A DNA stretch of 57,555 bases from Tubiluchus corallicola (lineage: Eukaryota > Animalia > Priapulida), in assembly GCA_030141605.1 (NCBI GenBank), contig JAQGDQ010001171.1, positions 1 to 57,555 of the forward strand. The letters are read 5' to 3'. Made by a program: the position numbers and the translations under genes. The stretch's first letter is position 1. Each line of letters begins with the position of its first letter. Positions 1 through 43,500 of this stretch are shown in pieces. The notes under the pieces are model-generated. The model searched no databases. It had not been told where the DNA came from and saw only the letters and a list, made by a program, of their open reading frames with translations.

Positions 1-829
1 GGAAACCCTCATAATTGTTATTAGTGTTCTTTTATCAACTGACCAGTGGACAACCATAAGTGCCAGTAACTCTATTGCTAAGTGTGTTGCTATAGATAAG
101 AATAGGTAGAAAAACAATTACACTAGTTAGAGATGTAAGTCTTTGCGAAGCAATAAGATGGATCACGTCAGAGATTAGAAAACGAAGAAGTTGAAGTGAT
201 GCTAAACTATTCAGGTTGGTAATTGTGTGTAAAGCAGATAGACGACCGTTTAATATTTATAACATAATAATATGCCGTAATAATATAATATGATATACAC
301 ATTCATTATGTGTGCACAATAGCCAGCATTGCTGTTAGATGTTACGTTTGTCAACAGTAATATTATATTGACAATGAAATATAACCGAGAGAATGGTTTG
401 TGTCAGCATTTTCCTCTCCAGATTTCCCCATGTTTGTCAGGATAAATTATTGTTACATTAAAATTAATATTTTATAATGTAAATATAGCTTTTGTTTTTT
501 TAAGTCTAACGAGGAGAGTTTGCACAGACTTTGTTTGTTTTAAAGTAAATATTTGCTTATATCTTAAAAGCAGTCAACTAGTAGACATGTTTTAGCCACG
601 AGCATGCAACTGCATATCACACTTAGCTAATCTAAGTTTTATTAACGTGACTCTCAATCAATTTATCAATTTATTTCACTCCAGCAATACATATACAATA
701 CATCAACATACAATATTATTGAAACAAAAAGAAACAGTATAGATTAAAAAAACGTTGATGAAGTCAAATTAACCAAATAAAAGAGTTGCTGTATGACACC
801 TTGAAAGCTTGGCTTGTTAAGGTGGCAGA

Positions 830-1285
830 AATGAGTGAATGAAAGAATGGTTAGGGTTAGTAGACATGATGGAATAGAAGAAAATAGTAAGATTAGGGAT
901 AGGAAGAAGGAAGGGAGGGGAGGATGAGTGAATGAAAGAATGGTTAGGGTTAGTAGACATGATGGAATGGAAAAAAAATTGTAAGATTAGGGATAGGAAG
1001 AAGGAATGGAGGGGAGGATGAGTGAATGAAAGAATGGTTAGGGTTAGTAGACATGATGGAATGGAAAAAAATAGTAAGATTAGGGATAGGAAGAAGGAAT
1101 GGAGGGGAGGATGAGTGAATGAAAGAATGGTTAGGGTTAGTAGCCATGATGAAATGGAAAAAAATAGTAGGATTAGGGATAGGAAGAAGGAATGGAGGGG
1201 AGGATGAGTGAATGAAAGAATGGTTAGGGTTAGTAGCCATGATGAAATGGAATGGAAAAAAATAGTAGGATTAGGGATAGGAAGG
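830..1285. repeat. ~90-bp minisatellite (~5 copies) containing TTAGGG-like motifs
   Basis: Unit gagtgaatgaaagaatggttagggttagtag...gattagggataggaagaagg. Confidence 0.9.
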
Positions 1286-1425
1286 AAAAGAGGAGAAGAA
1301 ACGACCACAATTAAACATTCGAACAGTAAATGGCATGTAATTGAGCATAAGAAGATAATCAAATAACATTCGGAAGTGAAACGTGCTAAAAAATCGCTGA
1401 AGCACTAGATAAAAAACACGCTTAC

Positions 1426-33032
<31,607 letters not shown>

Positions 33033-33129
33033 TTTAAGTTTTTATGGTGTACTTGTTAGTTTTTTTGGCATCATAAACCAAAGCGCTTCAAGTTTCACGT
33101 TATCACACGGCGTGCACAGCAGAAAAACT

Positions 33130-33280
33130 TTTAAATTTATAAAAACCACCCATTCCTGTCCGCCATGTTAGCACGTGTGCCGGCATCTGGCGGGAATTTT
33201 GTTATATCACGTGATTTAGTACAGTACTTCACATGCTGCTTGGACTGTGTTTACAAACTTGCTTTACGTGATGTGATGTA
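33130..33280. promoter_or_regulatory. Putative bidirectional promoter with YY1, E2F and E-box motifs
   Basis: CCGCCATGTT (33160-69), CACGTG (33172-77), TGGCGGGAA (33188-96) and ATCACGTGAT (33206-15) cluster 130-190 bp upstream of the USP24 ATG, between divergent genes. Confidence 0.55.
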
Positions 33281-34376
33281 GAGGTGTTGCTGAACTAGTG
33301 TAATCTGGTATTTTGCTGATATATTTGGTTGTCTTTCTAGTAAAAGAACAACTGGTATTTACAGTTGGTACTAAACGAAATAGATAGTTTTTATTTACCT
33401 TCTTAAACTTAATCTATAAAATTTAAGTTGAACAGAACTAGAGAGATACGTATACCCGATTATAGTGAAACTAATTGTTATTCAGTCGGTTCCTCGCCGT
33501 CTAAGACCGTTGTGGCACTGGATGGCTGAGCCTACAAGAGCGCAGGCTTGACAATCGAACAGCATTTTCTTATACATAACTTGGAGTCGAGAACACTTTA
33601 GGTACGTGACCATTGATTGTGTTCCTGATCATCGTTGATAACTCGTCTTCAATTTTTAATATCCACGTTGTTAACACTCTAATAACACTTTCATTAAGAG
33701 TACAAGGATCAGCTGACAAAAGGTAGTCTTAAGACAGATTCTTTTGCATTTCTAATTCTCAAGACGTTTATATCATCCGTTGCTTCTGTACTTCTTGGTC
33801 AACTCCCACATGGTGTTTGATAAATGACAGCCTATTAACTAACTATTACAGTTGTTATGAAAGGTAATGGATCATACTATTACCCTATTATTTGTTCGAC
33901 TTATTGCACTACGGTATGGCAATGGTTATTTTCATTTATTTTAATATAACTACTCCCTCGTTGTGTTTCAACATTCATTGCTGCTATTTTGATTTGTCTA
34001 TTCTGAGCATTTTCCTACAGATGTACTTGTACGTAACTCTTCCCCCCAATTTTCAACACAATTTGTTGAAACGTGTTTCTAAATCCTAGTTCCGGCGCAA
34101 ATTCAATAACTTTATTTCCTGTGTGTTATAAAAACTACATGCGTTTTGTAACTACATTTACATTAGCACTGCAGAACTTCCACTTCCCTCTTTTTATGCT
34201 CATACGAAGTTCTTGTATCTATTTATAAACAAACTGTTTGTAAACAGTCCAGTTAAACTTAGATTGACAGGATATGCAACTGCATTACTAGGATGTGCTA
34301 TTGACACTGCATTCGATTTATAATAGAGTCTCGAATTGCCTAATTGATTATATGCACTACGACAGTTGTTTGTAAG

Positions 34377-35246
34377 ATGTTTAATTCAGCGCAAACGTTT
34401 CGGCTAGTTTACATTTGTGGTTTGATGGTTTTAGGACAGTGTACCACTGTCCAGCAAGAAGACGGACATGGTTACATACAGCTTTGTTCAGTGGATGATA
34501 TCACTCGTCTGGACAGTCGCATTAATTTTATCTATGAAATTGTAAAGGAGTTGTCACCATCTTCTTTGCCAAGGCCTACAGGCGATGACTCAGTGACAAG
34601 GTCAAAGTTGGACGAAATCCTTCAGAAAATGGATTTAATGGAAGAATTAAAACGGGATGCGTGGGATCTGAGGACAAACGTCCAGGCGCAAAGTAACGAG
34701 TTGAACCTCTTCTATAGGAAACTCAATGGCATTAGCGCTAAGGTTGATACCATTCTTAATGCTGTACAGACAAAACAGTCCGGTGCAAACTCGAATTCTG
34801 CCGAGGAAAATGCTAAAACTGTCTTAGTGGATCCCGTGTCAGACGCCTGCTACGGTTACGGTCACGGCTTTGAGCCTGTCGACTACAGGTGGTGTTTTGC
34901 TAGAATCCTTACATCTAAATCTTGGAGCGATGCATTAGAAGAGTGTGAACGTTTAAATGCCACCTTGTTAGTTATAGACTCGGCAATAAAACAAGATACT
35001 GTTAAAACGTGGCTTCATCATCGTTGGGCGGTTACTGGGCGTTACTGGGCGGGCGGTTATTCTGTGGACGATCAGTGGAAATGGGCAGCAGATGACCAAC
35101 ATTTTGTCTACACCCATTGGTCAGAAGGACAGCCTAGTCATTTTGAGGAAGAATGCCTGGATCTGGTGAGAGAACTGGATTTTAAGTGGAACGACATGGA
35201 ATGCTCGTACGAACAACCGTACATTTGTGAAAAGTTCTTTCGGTAA
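34377..35246 (+). CDS. Secreted C-type lectin domain protein (perlucin/CD209-like architecture), CDS without introns
   Basis: 289-aa ORF from ATG 34377: hydrophobic signal-like N-terminus, heptad/coiled-coil neck, and CTLD (WCF..SW.DA..C..LLVIDS..YWAGG..W.W..W.EGQPS..C..WND..C..YICEK). Confidence 0.9.
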   Translation: MFNSAQTFRLVYICGLMVLGQCTTVQQEDGHGYIQLCSVDDITRLDSRINFIYEIVKELSPSSLPRPTGDDSVTRSKLDEILQKMDLMEELKRDAWDLRTNVQAQSNELNLFYRKLNGISAKVDTILNAVQTKQSGANSNSAEENAKTVLVDPVSDACYGYGHGFEPVDYRWCFARILTSKSWSDALEECERLNATLLVIDSAIKQDTVKTWLHHRWAVTGRYWAGGYSVDDQWKWAADDQHFVYTHWSEGQPSHFEEECLDLVRELDFKWNDMECSYEQPYICEKFFR

Positions 35247-35935
35247 TTTTCTGAACTGAAGAATCCGATCATGTTACGTGGATTGCTAGAATTCATGAAA
35301 ACAATATCTCCAGTTTTTGTACGTGTAACAGTGGATTACCAAATGGAGTAATACGGATTTCTTGCATTATACGCATCAATCAGTGGAGTTTTAAAACTTC
35401 TTTATAATTTTCTACTGAAAATGATGATAAAGGTTTTTTATCTCTAAAATTTCTGCATTTCCTATATGGAAGAATTAATAAATATTTGAACTCAGTGGCT
35501 TAGCAAGAGCTTGTGGATAAAAAACTTCCAGCGCCGAATCCTTTTAATGTTTCCATCATCTGTTTCGTGGGTGAAGCCACAAATTGCATCCCTGAAACCG
35601 CCTTTTCTTTTTCGACGTGACGAGATAAAGATCAATTCGTTTTTCTAAGAATCACTCGGAGTTTGGTTTGCGGTACTGCAGCAGAATAACTCTTTTCTGT
35701 GCCCTTAGTTGCACGTAACACGACAGTCATTAAGCAAGCAACTCCATCATTACAACATGCAAAGATTATGAAAGATAAACAACACTGCAGATTTTTACAA
35801 TTACACAACAGGCATCTAGAGAATAATCTCGCTGTTCCTCGATCTGCTAACCCGCACACCACCCAACATGCATTCCTATAATAATTAACAACATTAGTCT
35901 TATTTTCTAAGCTGTACATGGTAATTAAATCAGCT

Positions 35936-36062
35936 ATGATGATCCCTAACTAGACAATTTTGCTGTAGTTTGAAAACTCAGAGTTTAATGACTGTTAATT
36001 ATTAATTACATAAATTTCTGAGTTTTCAAACTACAGCAAAATCGTCTAGTTAGAGATCATTG
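35936..36062. repeat. Near-perfect inverted repeat (~50-bp arms)
   Basis: ctaactagacaattttgctgtagtttgaaaactcaga / tctgagttttcaaactacagcaaaatcgtctagttag. Confidence 0.9.
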
Positions 36063-36522
36063 TAGCGTCTATAAGCCTCTAAATTATTTATTAATTATAG
36101 TAACAAAAAAAATTATAGTATTGTAGGATGTTAATTATTTAATGAAAAACTAATAAATTACGTTCGAATTTGAATTTATCAAGTGACTTCTCTGTGACGT
36201 TCTTATTTTTGTAGCTTATTGTTTGTTTTAGCTTTGGTTTATCTATGCAAATGTCCTATCCATCAGCAAATAAATCTGCAGTTACTAAAGGTTATTGAAT
36301 AACCTTGAATGACCTTGATCATTGCAGCGTACCACAGTGCTTAGAATTATGCAATCCAGTTAGTTACATGTGCTAGAAGATGTTTTGCTTCAGGCTGTGG
36401 TTATTGAGTGCTGAGAAACCAAAACTTTCATTTTTTGAGAGCTTCACTTTTGTTGGTCACCCCTTTACCCTGTAAAAGACTTTGCTACTAGACTTACTGA
36501 AAGATTGTTTTCCTACGATGCC

Positions 36523-37116
36523 TTTAAAGAAGACAGGGTGATTTTTCGTATACTACTCCATTTTCAAGTCAGATAAAAACTATACATTTTAACACAGTTA
36601 ATACTGGAAAAGCATTTCTTGTAATTAAATAATAGATTAAAAACTTAATTAACAGTTGGCGAGCCCAAATATTGATGACATCACAAACAAACATAATTTT
36701 CAACAGCAAAAATATTCCACGAGCGTGTTGCATGTGTTTGTGAAAGCGAAAATTGAAGTACAGCGCTACTGTAAGATATTCAGTGTGTTGTACTAAAACC
36801 AGGCAAGTTTTAAGATAAAAATTCAAATTTACGTTTGATGCAGTACGTCACAAATAACACGTCTAAACTAAGAGGTACAGCACCTGGTTTTTTGTCCAAT
36901 GCATTTCCGAAATGTAGGCGCTAGTGCCCGTCTAACTAGCGAATGGCGAAATGCATGTAACAGCGAAGAACTAGTGGTGCGAACGTGAAATTGTGTTTGT
37001 GTGGTAATAATTCTTTCACGTAACTCATTTTTGAAAAAATAGTATGTTTCCTTTCAATATTTTAAACAATAAATTGTTTTGACCTACAGTTTAATATTGG
37101 GTTCGGTTTTGCATTA
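36523..37116. mobile_element. Kolobok-like non-autonomous element
   Basis: TTAA|AG(G)AAGACAGG start; inverted copy at 40400-40988. Confidence 0.65.
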
Positions 37117-37427
37117 AAAATAGATTGTTGTCAGATGAGATAACACTAAATTTATCTAACTTGTGCATTTTAATGTTGTTGTGTGCTCAATGCTGCCCAA
37201 ACCCCCATGTGTAGCTAAAAGAGTGCCAACCTACATTGTTCATTTTTGTGGATAGATGGCACCACGTGCATACCATATATCATTATCAAGACGCCTATGT
37301 AATAGCAAATATTTTGATACTACTAAAGCGTCAACTAATAGAAGCTGATGTAATTTCGAGTTTTTTGTATTTTTAAGGGTCTGACATCTGCTGTTTTTTT
37401 TTCCGTAAAGTACTGCGCTGGGACAAA

Positions 37428-37535
37428 ATGTATGAAGATGAAGAAAATGGTGATGGTTTACAGGCACTTCCTGTACACAAGGAATCAACTTGTACGACTA
37501 GTACTGAATTTCCAGATGAAGAAGAAATTTTGGAC
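37428..37535 (+). CDS. Threonine dehydratase putative first coding exon
   Basis: Acceptor-like site at ~37410, AAAATG start, acidic MYEDEEN..EEEILD|GTAAAA, phase 0 joining DPWCDP. Confidence 0.55.
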
Positions 37536-40500
37536 GTAAAATTTTACACTAACATTCATTTTTATACCATCTCAAGTGATAAACATATGTGTGCTTGAAT
37601 AGCAAAAACGTCCAAAAGTCAGCTGTCTTGCAATGTACTAAATAAGAAAAAATGAATATATGTACTTGCGTAGCAAAATCGTTCATAAGTCGGCAATAAG
37701 CTTTTCAGCTATTCAAATATCTTGAATCTCCATTTCACGAGGATCATTTTATTATCAAGTTCATTGCTCTATGTTATTTCTAAGCTGAGATAATCTACGT
37801 TGAAGTTGAGGTGCAGGCTGCGCAGTGAAAACCTTGAGAAAATCGCTGTCAAAGTTGGCCATTGACGCAACCTACTAGGGGTGCAATCAAACTGCTATAG
37901 TTTTGCAATTAATGGCAAGAAGCAGTAAGAGTGTCTTCCATGCAGTCACTTCTCGGTACAATCATGCAACACGAATCAGCATGTCAGTATCTTTTTAGTT
38001 ATTAACTTAACTTCCCGTTTTTCTTACAGGATCCCTGGTGTGATCCAGAGAATCCCAGAAAAGTGACATTTATGGATATCAGTGCATCTGCGTACATGAT
38101 ACGTGGTGGCATACAGAGAACACCCTGCACGGTAAGAGTTTTTCTGTAATATTATTAGTAAAATACAGAGTTTGTACAATATATAAAATACTGATATGTA
38201 AAACACAGAGTTTGTACAATATATAAAATACTGATATGTAAAACACGGAGTTTGTACAATATATAAAATACTGATATGTAAAACACAGAGTTTGTACAAA
38301 ATATAAAATACTGATATGTAAAATACAGAGTTTGTACAATATATGAAATACTGATATGTAGAATACAGAGTTTGTACAATATATAAAATACTGATATGTA
38401 GAATACAGAGTTTGTACAATATATAAAATACTGATATGTAGAATACAGAGTTTGTACAATATATAAAATACTGATATGTAAAATACAGAGTTTGTACAAA
38501 ATATAAAATACTGATATGTAAAATACAGAGTTTGTACAATATATGAAATACTGATATGTAGAATACAGAGTTTGTACAATATATGAAATACTGATATGTA
38601 GAATACAGAGTTTGTACAATATATAAAATACTGATATGTAGAATACAGAGTTTGTACAATATATAAAATACTGATATGTAGAATACAGAGTTTGTACAAT
38701 ATATAAAATACTGATATGTAAAATACAGAGTTTGTCAAGTGCGTGACTTGAATTGTACGTTTTTGCAGAACATAAAATATATCATATTTAGGTTTTTGAA
38801 GAAATTTGTACAGATCTCATCAAAATGACAATCGTTCATGAATAGATTAAACCATTACGCTAAACCATTGGCGTTATTAATAGTGTTAATTAATTAGGTA
38901 TTAATTAATATCGTTAATGATGTACCAAAGAAGTATTACTAGCAAGTAATTAGTAGTGGTAACGATATACCAAAAAAGTATTTCTAGCAATTAATTAGCA
39001 GTGTTAATGATATAACAAAAAAGTATTTCTAGCAATTAATTAGCAGTGTTAATGATACAACAAAAAAGTATTTCTAGCAATTAAATAGACTGATAACCCA
39101 ATAAAAATCAATAATTATATATATTATCTATTGTCATTTTAGTAGGGATTTAAAGTTAAATGTTGAACATTTCAGACTGTAACAAATTACACATGATAAT
39201 ATAATGAAATAAGTTTCATTGACTGTACTTTCCTTCTGTTTCAGGACTGTCAATATATAACAATACCACAATCAAGTAACTTTTGAAAAAGGCTAAATCT
39301 ATAATATAGGTTTTACACGTCAAATGTAGACACTGGAAAGTTCAAATGTGACTTAGGTAAGTCAAATGTAGACATAGGAATTTCGAATGTGTTTTGGTAA
39401 CTGAAATGTGACTTAGGTAAGTAGGTTAGGTTAATGTAGATGCAATTAACGTTAAGAATGTAGTGGAATTGGTTCCCACTTCCCAATGAACAGTGAATCA
39501 CTAATTAGTTTTTTAAGTAATGCATTAGCACTCCATTAATGAATTAGTTTCTCTCAAGAAACATTGTTTATTTTAAGAATGTATTGTTTTCTCTAACAGT
39601 TCCAATGGCATGTAAAGTTTACAGAATATTAGTGAACCTATAACGTTGTTATTTTAACTTAAGAGCAATTATTAAATTAAAATTAAAGAAGATTAAATTT
39701 AACATCCTTAAACTTTACCACCAATCCACATTTGAGATACCAATGTCACATTTGACTTGACATGTGTCTACATTTGACTTACCAAAAACGCTTGAGATTT
39801 CTTGAAAGCCATTGTTAACACATTTGAACTACCTAAGTCTACATTTGAGTTACCAAGACACATTTGAATTACCTAAATCTACATTTGAGTTAACGCAGGT
39901 CTACATTTGACATGTAAAACCTATACTAGCATATATCAATATTATTCAAAAATTCGAATGAAAAATAAATAAGAAGTTGCCTGTACCAAGGAATCTCAAA
40001 ATTTAATTTGTGTCATGAAAAGAAGTGCCAGTATTGGTGTTTCACTTCGTAATTCAAAATTGTCCGATCTTAAGTAGTTAGTTAAGACAGAAACTTCGTC
40101 TTGGACTTAACAGAATCGAAAATGTATTCTATGTGTAATAAGACGCTCCAACGACGAAAAGGTTATCCAAAAGTTATCGTTTTTGTTGTAGAAATCGAAT
40201 ATTTCACGATTAGCCAACATGGAAATTTGGCTGAAGAAGGAATTCCTACAAGTTACGGGTAGTTTTAAGGAGCGTGGAGCTCGATACACCCTGATGATGC
40301 TACCAGAGGTATAAGTTTTTTACTGATAATTATACTATTTTTCATTTTTTTTTATGTGTCCTGATTATTGGGTGGTATTTGTTAAATCAAAATCGGTCGC
40401 ATTCTTAAACTGTAGGTCAAAACAATCCACTCTTTAAAATATTGAAAGGAAACATACTATTTTTTCAAAAACGACTTACGTGAAAGAATTATTACCACAC

Positions 40501-43500
40501 AAACGCAATTTCACGTTCGCGCCACTAGTTCTTCGCTGCTACATGCATTTCGCCCCATTCGCTAGTTAGACGGGCACTAGCGCCTGCATTTCGGAAACAC
40601 ATTGCACAAGAAACAGGTGCTGTACCTCTCATTTCAGATGTTTTAGTTTGTGACAGCTATTGCGTGGACACAGCAGTAAAAATTTGAAATTTGAATTTTT
40701 ATCTTAAAACTTGCCTAGTTTTAGTACAACACACTGAATATCTTACACTAGCACTGTACTTCAATTTTCGCTTTCGCAAACACGTGTAACACGTTCGTAG
40801 AATATTTTTGCTGTTGAAAATTATGTTAGTTTGTGATGTGATCAACAGTAGGGCTCGCCCGCCGTTAAATAAGTTTTTAATCTATTTATCAGAAATGCTT
40901 TTGCAGTATTAATTGTGCTAAAATGTTTACTTTTTATCAGACTTGAATATGGGGTGGTATATAAAAAATCATCCTGTCTTCCTTTAAGGGATGTCTGTAT
41001 GTACAGCACTTGTTAAAATATGTTTACATAACTTTCTTCATTGCTACTACTCAGTCATGTGATGCAGTTTGTGTGTTGTATCATTTGTATGTGGTCTTTA
41101 CAAAGCTTTCTCAAAACATGTATAGAAGAGGAGCCTAACGATGTAGCGAGCTGAGTTCTGTATCAGCTCTTGGGATTGCTTATCTGTTTGAAATGGTTAA
41201 TTCAATCTCATGCTTAGCTTGTCACTGAAAAATAATGTTTAATATAGCAGTTCTGCAGCAGCAGTAAAACTTTCCTAATTTAGTTCAGAATGTAGAGTGC
41301 CTGATGACTTGTCTGGGTCATATAATTCTTGCTGAGCTGCTATTGTTAAAGGTAAAATGAATCTTGATTTTGTGATTTTGACAATTTGCGAAAATTTTAT
41401 TTTTACTGAATAACAACTGAAACACGTCTATTCTTATTTTTCAATCAATGCACACGTGGTCACTGATGTATAGTTCTAAAAAAGTAAGTGAAATATATCC
41501 GATATAGACTGTAAAGATCTAAGTTGGTCGGACACTCAGTCGGTTGGTCCCTACCGAAGCTGATTTTTGTATGTTACATATGTGATTAGTTACATATAAT
41601 GCAAATTTAACATTATTTAACTCGATTAGTCACATATAATGCAAATTTAACATTATTTAACTCGATTAGTCACATATAATGCAATTTTAACATTATTTAA
41701 CTCGATTCGTCACATATAATGCAAATTTAACATTATTTAGCTGGATTAGTTACATATAATGCAAATTTAACATTATTTAACTCGATTAGTTACAAATAAT
41801 GCAAATTTAACATTATTTAACTGATTAGTACATAATGCAATTTAACATTATTTAACTGATTGTAATAATGCAAATTTAACATATTTACTGGATTAGTTAC
41901 ATATAATGCAAATTTAACATTATTTAACTCGATTAGTTACAAATAATGCAAATTTAACATTATTTAACTCGATTAGTTACACGTAATGCAAATTTAACAT
42001 TATTTAACTCGATTAGTTACACGTAATGCAAATTTAACATCATTTAACTCGATTAGTTAGAAATAATGCAAATTTAACATTATTTAACTCGATTAGTTAC
42101 ATATAATGGAAATTTAAGATTATTTAACTTGATTAGTTACATATAATGCAAATTTAACATTATTTAACTGGATTAGTTACATATAATGCAAATTTAACAT
42201 TATTTAACTTGATTAGTTACAAATAATGCAAATTTAACATTATTTAACTTGATTAGTTACATATAATGCAAATTTAACATTATTTAACTTGATTAGTTAC
42301 ATATAATGCAAATTTAACATTATTTAACTCCATTAGTTACATATAATGCAAATTTAACATTATTTAACTCGATTAGTTACATATAATGCAAATTTAACAT
42401 TATTTATTTTTCTATGTCTTGCATCCCAGGAGCAGAAACAAATTGGTGTCATAGCCGCTTCGGCCGGGAATCACGCGTTAGCCATGGCGTACCATGGTCA
42501 AGAACTGGACATTCCCGTCACTGTCGTCATGCCCATTGTTGCACCACTGATGAAGGTGCAGAACTGTCGACTTTACGGTGCAAACGTCATCGTGAAGGGA
42601 GCCCATATTGGGGAGGTAGGTTCCTGCCGGTGCATCGTTGACAATGTTTTTTGCATATTTTAGACACTTTTCACACATTGCAAACCAGATATCAGCGGAT
42701 TTACTCAATGTTGATGCTTGTGGCAGGACTGGATCTCAGCTCTATCATGAGTAATCATCTATGATGAAATGCTGAACTGGCGGAGGTGTCTAGCAACATT
42801 TGTTTGCATATACATCTTCTCTAGATGAGGTAAACAGACAGAATGAGTACGGCTAGTAAAACACGTAGTATTCAGCACAGGCAGTTACGAGCCGTACATT
42901 GATCAGCCTCAGAATTGCTTGACTTCTTTTATCCCACCTCATGCATTTACTTCGTTTTTCCCTCGGTAGATGTCACTGTTTCTGCACGTGGGAAAATTGT
43001 CCACAAAATCAAATTGCCATAAGCACCCTTTGTGATGAGACACTGATCTGGCAGTAGTGTCTTAGTGACATTACGATGTATGTACAATGTCCTTAATGAG
43101 GGAAATAGCAGAGACACCCATCCAGTTACATACCAGGTTAACTTCCATGACCAACCTATGATGGCTGCCATGAAACGATGAGTTTGTATTTCTGATGTTG
43201 CTCTTTCTGTTACTGACAAAATTATTTTTTTCTTTCAGTCAAGAGAGCATGCCTTAAGACTCGCAAAAGAGCACAACTACACTTACGTGAATGGGTAAGA
43301 GCAGAAATCCTTAAATTTACACAACAACTAAGGTGCGAATATTTGTTACGATTTCACTTTCAATTCTTAAACTTTATTAGATACTTAAACTACTGAATGT
43401 ATCTAATACAATTTACAGCACGTGGTTTCAGCTGTTTAAAGGAAGGTAGGATGATTTTTCATATCCTGCCTCATTTGAAGTACTGTAAAAAGTCCACATT

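Noticed and set aside
817-1362. 181-aa hydrophobic ORF
   Set aside because: Translation of a 90-bp minisatellite.
1340-1386. Possible next USP24 exon after TTTTTTAG at 1386
   Set aside because: It would need a 40-nt intron and hits a stop after 8 codons; the next exon probably lies outside the window.
38024-38738. Three overlapping 150-220 aa ORFs
   Set aside because: 40-bp tandem repeat that lacks stops on the minus strand.
40291-40300. CTGATGA hammerhead-like core
   Set aside because: It is coding sequence (LMM) with no flanking stems or GAAA partner.
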